DNA of 64,000 nucleotides from Bacilli bacterium (GTDB lineage Bacteria; Bacillota_I; Bacilli_A; RFN20; CAG-826): NCBI GenBank assembly GCA_045597865.1, contig JAZLKX010000040.1, positions 13,473 to 77,472 of the forward strand, read 5' to 3'. Shown piece by piece: positions 59,343 to 64,000 of this stretch (position 1 is its first letter; each line of letters starts with the position of its first letter). The notes under the pieces were generated by a model. It saw only the letters and a program-made list of their open reading frames with translations, ran no database searches and was not told where the DNA came from. The position numbers and the translations under genes were made by a program.

Positions 59343-61346
59343 ATGAAAACTAAGTTATTTAAAACAAAAATCTTTGCATTTATTGTGGTCTTTATAGAGA
59401 TGGCCGCTTTGATATTCTTTGGAATCTGCTATGGCCTTGACTTTTTAAACTTTAGAAACATATTTTCTACTGAGTTAATATTCATAATATTAGGTGCACT
59501 TGTTATTTTTGATATTGCCTTCTGTTGGGCATTAATCTTTAGATTTTCTAAGATTAGACAACAAAGTGATTTAAGAGCTGCTGACTTAATTGGTAGTGAT
59601 ATTCAAGAAGCCTACAACTTCGGTATGATCGGTCTTGCAGTTGTTAACGAAAACAACACAGTTATTTGGATCAATGACCTATTTACTGAAAGAAAAATTG
59701 AAATCCTTGATGAAAACATTTTAGAGTGGCAACCAGAACTTCAAGAACTCATTGATGGTGGTATTAACTCATTAGTTAAATTAAGCATTAACTCCCGTAA
59801 CTATGAAGTAAAATTACTTAAAGATGCTGGTTTATACATCTTTAGAGATGTTACTGACTATGAAACAGTTTCAGCATTCTCTAAACGTCAAGCAACAGTC
59901 TGTGGTCAAATAGTTATAGATAACTATGCTGACATTTCAGGTTCTGCTGATGAAAACTCAGATATTGTTTCAAAAGTAAGAAATCTTATTTTGGATTATG
60001 GTAGAGATTACCAAGTTCTTCTTAGAAGAGTTAGATCTGATGCTTATTTCTTACTCTGTAACCACGAATCTTTAGAGAAAATGATTGCTGATAAGTTCTC
60101 ATTGCTCGATAAAATTCACGCTATTTCAGACAAGGAAGAAACTCCACCAACTCTTTCAATTGGAATTGCTTATGACTTCCCTGACGTAGTCAAACTTAAT
60201 GATATGGCAAGTTCTGCTATTGAAATTGCTATGTCTCGTGGTGGCGACCAAGTTGTTGTCTCTCAATACGGACAAGACCTTGTCTTCTTTGGTGGTAAAA
60301 CCGAAGCTCAAGAAAACCGTAACAAAGTTAAAGTTCGTGTTATGGCTGACTCAGTTTTATCACTCATTCGTAACTCTTCAAACATTATCATTATGGGTCA
60401 CGCTATGACTGACATGGACTCTTTGGGCGCATGTTTAGGTGTTAAAGCTATGTGCGACTATTGTCGCAAACCTGCTCAAATCATTTATGAGCCAAAGAGC
60501 ACTGAAAGAAAAACAAAAGGTGCAATATTAGCATCCTTTTCTAAAGAGGAAGTTGATAAGCTTTTTGTTAACCAAGCTCAAGCACTCGGCAACCTAAAGA
60601 TTGATACATTGGTTGTTGTTTGTGACGTTCATAAAGCAAATATGACTGTCGCACCAAAGGTGATTGAAAAAGCAAACAAGATTATGATTATTGACCACCA
60701 CAGACGTGGTGAAGACTTTATTGAAAGCCCTGTCTTCTCTCACATTGATTCATCTGCTTCTTCAGCATCTGAAATGGTTGCTGAACTTGTCAGCTATTGC
60801 TCTGCAAACCCAAGAATTATGATTCCTGCAGCTTATGCAACAATCATGCTCTCTGGCATTTTTATGGACTCCAACTTTTATAAGGCAACAACAGTTGGTA
60901 CTCGTACATTTGAAGCATCAATGGCACTTAAAGAATATGGCGCTGATAACTCCAAGGCTGATGATTTCTTAAAAGACGAATTCGAAGAATTCGCACTTAT
61001 TACAAGAATTATTTCAAGCACACAAACTCCATACTATGGAGTCGTTTACTGTATGGCTGATGAAGATGACATTATCGAACAAGCAACTCTTGCTAAAGTT
61101 GCTAACCAATGCATGCAAATGAAAGGTGTTAACGCCTGCTTTGTTATAGGAAGAACAGCTCTCGACGAAACAAGAATTTCTTGTCGAAGCGACGGCACAA
61201 TCAACGTTCAACTTTTAGCAGAAAAACTAAATGGCGGCGGACACTTCACACAAGCAGCATGTACATTTAAGAAAGCATCACTCGTTCAGGTTGAATCTAG
61301 ACTCCTTTCTGTCTTGAATGACTACCTTAACGACGCTCGAATTTAG
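59343..61346 (+). CDS. gdpP: Cyclic-di-AMP phosphodiesterase GdpP
   Basis: Two TM helices, degenerate GGDQV, GH..D.DSLG, IDHH and GGGH motifs, upstream of rplI-dnaB. Confidence 0.92.
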   Translation: MKTKLFKTKIFAFIVVFIEMAALIFFGICYGLDFLNFRNIFSTELIFIILGALVIFDIAFCWALIFRFSKIRQQSDLRAADLIGSDIQEAYNFGMIGLAVVNENNTVIWINDLFTERKIEILDENILEWQPELQELIDGGINSLVKLSINSRNYEVKLLKDAGLYIFRDVTDYETVSAFSKRQATVCGQIVIDNYADISGSADENSDIVSKVRNLILDYGRDYQVLLRRVRSDAYFLLCNHESLEKMIADKFSLLDKIHAISDKEETPPTLSIGIAYDFPDVVKLNDMASSAIEIAMSRGGDQVVVSQYGQDLVFFGGKTEAQENRNKVKVRVMADSVLSLIRNSSNIIIMGHAMTDMDSLGACLGVKAMCDYCRKPAQIIYEPKSTERKTKGAILASFSKEEVDKLFVNQAQALGNLKIDTLVVVCDVHKANMTVAPKVIEKANKIMIIDHHRRGEDFIESPVFSHIDSSASSASEMVAELVSYCSANPRIMIPAAYATIMLSGIFMDSNFYKATTVGTRTFEASMALKEYGADNSKADDFLKDEFEEFALITRIISSTQTPYYGVVYCMADEDDIIEQATLAKVANQCMQMKGVNACFVIGRTALDETRISCRSDGTINVQLLAEKLNGGGHFTQAACTFKKASLVQVESRLLSVLNDYLNDARI

Positions 61347-61360
61347 TGAGGAGGAATATC

Positions 61361-61810
61361 ATGAAAGTTATCTTACTTAAAGACGTAAAAGGCATCGGAA
61401 AAAAGTCTGATGTTGTTGAAGTAAAAGACGGTTACGCAAACAACTTTTTGTTCCCTCATGGATTAGCAGTAATGCAATCTGGAAAAGCCATGGAAATCCT
61501 CGCTGAACAAAAAAGAGTTGAAGCTGAAAATATTGAGAAAAACAAGCAAAATGCCCGTGAAATCGCGGCTAAATTAGAAAAAATCGTCGTTGAATTTGAA
61601 GCTAAAGGAAGCGGTGACGGAAGGATGTTCGGAACCATCTCAACTAAGCAAATCGAAGAAGAACTCAAAGCCAAACACGGCATTGAAATTGACAAAAGAA
61701 AATTTGTTGAAAAGATGGCTGTTGATCACTTTGGTTACAGCAAACTAAAAATCGAATTATACAAAGGAATTATCGGAACCGTTACAGTCCATGTTAACGA
61801 GAAAAAATAG
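61361..61810 (+). CDS. rplI: 50S ribosomal protein L9
   Basis: [14 protein letters not shown]...[10 protein letters not shown]. Confidence 0.97.
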   Translation: MKVILLKDVKGIGKKSDVVEVKDGYANNFLFPHGLAVMQSGKAMEILAEQKRVEAENIEKNKQNAREIAAKLEKIVVEFEAKGSGDGRMFGTISTKQIEEELKAKHGIEIDKRKFVEKMAVDHFGYSKLKIELYKGIIGTVTVHVNEKK

Positions 61811-61821
61811 GAGGAACGTAA

Positions 61822-63306
61822 ATGGCACAAGAAAAACAATTACCGCACAATACTGAAGCTGAAAAAGCTGTTTTAGGTGCAATGATTCGCTCCTCAAGCA
61901 AAGTTTCAGAAGCAGTTGCAAAATTAGACGTTGACGATTTCTTCCCAGAGAATGAAAATCATCGTGCTATTTTTGGTGCAATCTATCGTTTGTATAATCG
62001 TGGTGAAGCAATTGATCCACAAACCATTACAAATGAACTCATTAATTCAAAAGAACTAGAAATATCAGGTGCTCCTGAATATTTATTGGAACTTGCTGAT
62101 TCAGTCGTTACATTTGAAAACTTTGATAGTTATGTAAAGATTGTTCAAGACCAATCAATCTTAAGAAGATTTTTGAAGACTCTTGATGATATTTCAAATA
62201 CATACTACACAAAGGATATTAATGAAATTAGTGAATTCCTTTCACAGAGTGAAAAGAAGATTACTGATGTCACTGAGAAGCGTAGAATTGGTGACTTTCA
62301 AAGAGCTGACCAAGTTGCAAGTAAATTAGATGAAGAATTAAAGAATTTAAAAACTGCAACAAGCGACGACACAGTTACAGGAACACCAACCGGTTATTCA
62401 AAATTAAATATTTTGACACATGGTTTCCAACCAGGTGAATTAATTATCTTAGCAGCCCGTCCAGGTGTTGGTAAAACTGCACTTTCTTTAAACTTAGCAT
62501 ATAATGCTGCTGCACATGATATTCCAGTTGCATATTTCTCATTAGAAATGCCTGCTACAATGCTTTTCAAACGTTTGGTGTCTGCTGATGCAAACGTTAA
62601 GTTTGATAGCCTTATTACAGGTTTCGGTTTAAACGATTCAATTAGATATAAATTAGGTGAATCTTGTAATAGACTTGCAAAACGCAAAATTTATATTGAC
62701 GATACCTCTGGTATCAAGCTCTTAGATTTAGTTGCGAAATGCCGTAAATTAAAAGCAAAAGAACCAGATTTAGGTCTTATTGTTGTTGACTATATTGGTT
62801 TAGTAACCACAACAAGCAAAACAAAGTCTGAATCAAGACAACTCGAAGTCCAAATGATTTCTCAAACACTTAAGAAACTTGCATTGGACTTAAAAGTTCC
62901 AATCCTTGGTGTAGCTCAACTTAACCGTAACATTGAACAACGTTCAGGTGGAGACGCAGAACCACAATTATCCGACCTTCGTGAATCAGGTTCTATTGAA
63001 CAAGATGCCGACGTAGTTTTAATGCTTCACGAAACAAAACTTGTTGATGAAAATGCAAAAGCACCAAAGAATGTTGTTGAAAAACAAAATCAAGCTGTTG
63101 ATCAAGCAAAACAACAAGTTGTTAAAACAAATAACGATATTAAACTCGTCACATTATATGTTCGTAAAAACCGTTCTGGTTCACCAGGTGAAGTTCCACT
63201 CTTATTTAAGAGAGAATACTGTAAATTTGATTCACTTTCAGAAGAAGCCGAAAGACAAATTAGTGCACTCGAATCTGAAAAGATCAATTATTTCTCAGAA
63301 AATTAA
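61822..63306 (+). CDS. dnaB: Replicative DNA helicase
   Basis: AARPGVGKT, FSLEM, VDYIGL, QLNR, LRESGSIEQDAD and KNRSG motifs. Confidence 0.96.
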   Translation: MAQEKQLPHNTEAEKAVLGAMIRSSSKVSEAVAKLDVDDFFPENENHRAIFGAIYRLYNRGEAIDPQTITNELINSKELEISGAPEYLLELADSVVTFENFDSYVKIVQDQSILRRFLKTLDDISNTYYTKDINEISEFLSQSEKKITDVTEKRRIGDFQRADQVASKLDEELKNLKTATSDDTVTGTPTGYSKLNILTHGFQPGELIILAARPGVGKTALSLNLAYNAAAHDIPVAYFSLEMPATMLFKRLVSADANVKFDSLITGFGLNDSIRYKLGESCNRLAKRKIYIDDTSGIKLLDLVAKCRKLKAKEPDLGLIVVDYIGLVTTTSKTKSESRQLEVQMISQTLKKLALDLKVPILGVAQLNRNIEQRSGGDAEPQLSDLRESGSIEQDADVVLMLHETKLVDENAKAPKNVVEKQNQAVDQAKQQVVKTNNDIKLVTLYVRKNRSGSPGEVPLLFKREYCKFDSLSEEAERQISALESEKINYFSEN

Positions 63307-64000
63307 TGAAAATAGTTGTTATTGAATCAGGATCTAAAGGCAACGCGACTCTTATCATAGATAAGGGCCGTGTTCTTTTAATTGATATGGGAATCACTCT
63401 TTGTGCACTTAAAGAGGCTTTAACAAAAGAAAATCTTAATATGTACAACATAGAAGCATTGCTTCTTACTCATGAGCATAGTGATCATACCAAAGGCATA
63501 TGTTATTTGCCTCCTGTTCCTATTTATTGCACAAAAGAAACATATGATTCACCAAATGTTAATCCTGTTATTCCTTATGAACCAATTAACATTGGCCATT
63601 TAGAGATTATCCCAGTATCAACAAGTCACGATGTTAAAAACCCTATTGGATTTGTTATAAATAACGAAGAAGAAAAGCTTGTTTATTTAACTGATTCTGG
63701 AAAAATCACTGTCAAAACCCTATCAAAACTTAAAAATGCTGATTATTATGTATTTGAATCAAACCATGATATAGATATGCTTCTTGCAACTAATAGACCT
63801 AAGTTTTTAAAAGATAGAATTCTTTCAAATAATAATATGACCGTCAGAGTACGGGGTGAAAGCGAGCATAAATTCGCAACGCTTAAATGGGGCGGATGCA
63901 GCACAAACGGTTTTCACGAAAGAAACGAAATTAACATTCCAGTTAATGACGAGAGTTTTATTGCTCCTGAAGCTGGCATGTTTAAAGACAGTGAAGACGG
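63306..64000 (+). CDS. MBL-fold hydrolase YycJ/WalJ-like, partial; last ~55 codons are CYTH-like (probable chimeric join)
   Basis: Manual translation gives MKIVVIESGSKGN...THEHSDH...SHD...TDSG...ESNHD...DRILSN, then NNMTVRVRGE...TLKWGG...GFHERNEINIP. Frame is open to the window end. Confidence 0.8.
   Translation, partial: MKIVVIESGSKGNATLIIDKGRVLLIDMGITLCALKEALTKENLNMYNIEALLLTHEHSDHTKGICYLPPVPIYCTKETYDSPNVNPVIPYEPINIGHLEIIPVSTSHDVKNPIGFVINNEEEKLVYLTDSGKITVKTLSKLKNADYYVFESNHDIDMLLATNRPKFLKDRILSNNNMTVRVRGESEHKFATLKWGGCSTNGFHERNEINIPVNDESFIAPEAGMFKDSED

Noticed and set aside
1-64000. CRISPR array, IS/integrase/prophage, rRNA/tRNA, TGA recoding
   Set aside because: No regularly spaced repeats, mobile-element ORFs or such RNAs were recognised. 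TGA ends yaaA, tldD, tatD and rnmV at their expected C-termini.

Overview
AT-rich chromosomal segment spanning the replication origin of a reduced-genome Bacilli lineage. The gene order and content are Mollicutes-like/uncultured-Bacilli-like (inference), but TGA is used as a stop codon, so genetic code 11. Left of oriC most genes are on the minus strand: dnaA-dnaN-yaaA-recF-gyrB-gyrA-serS-SRP RNA-tadA, a P-type ATPase/psuG cluster, rpmE, two secreted endonucleases, metG and a putrescine operon. The tldD/tldE pair and mscL are on the plus strand. Right of oriC most genes are on the plus strand: rpmH-rnpA-yidC-jag-mnmE-tatD-rnmV-rsmA-ispE, pth-mfd-tilS-ftsH-dusB-lysS, rpsF-ssb-rpsR and gdpP-rplI-dnaB-yycJ, with ppdK on the minus strand. 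No mobile elements, CRISPR, rRNA or tRNA were seen. The most notable signals are: (1) an unannotated type-I toxin-antitoxin-like module between lysS and rpsF, made of a structured mRNA with a leader ORF and a 20-aa hydrophobic peptide, plus a convergent ~55-nt sRNA, a shared terminator and a direct repeat; (2) an arginine decarboxylase-agmatine deiminase fusion; (3) an unannotated 45-aa ORF whose promoter sits in a 30-bp palindrome; (4) an in-frame YycJ-to-CYTH switch at the window end, probably a chimeric join.
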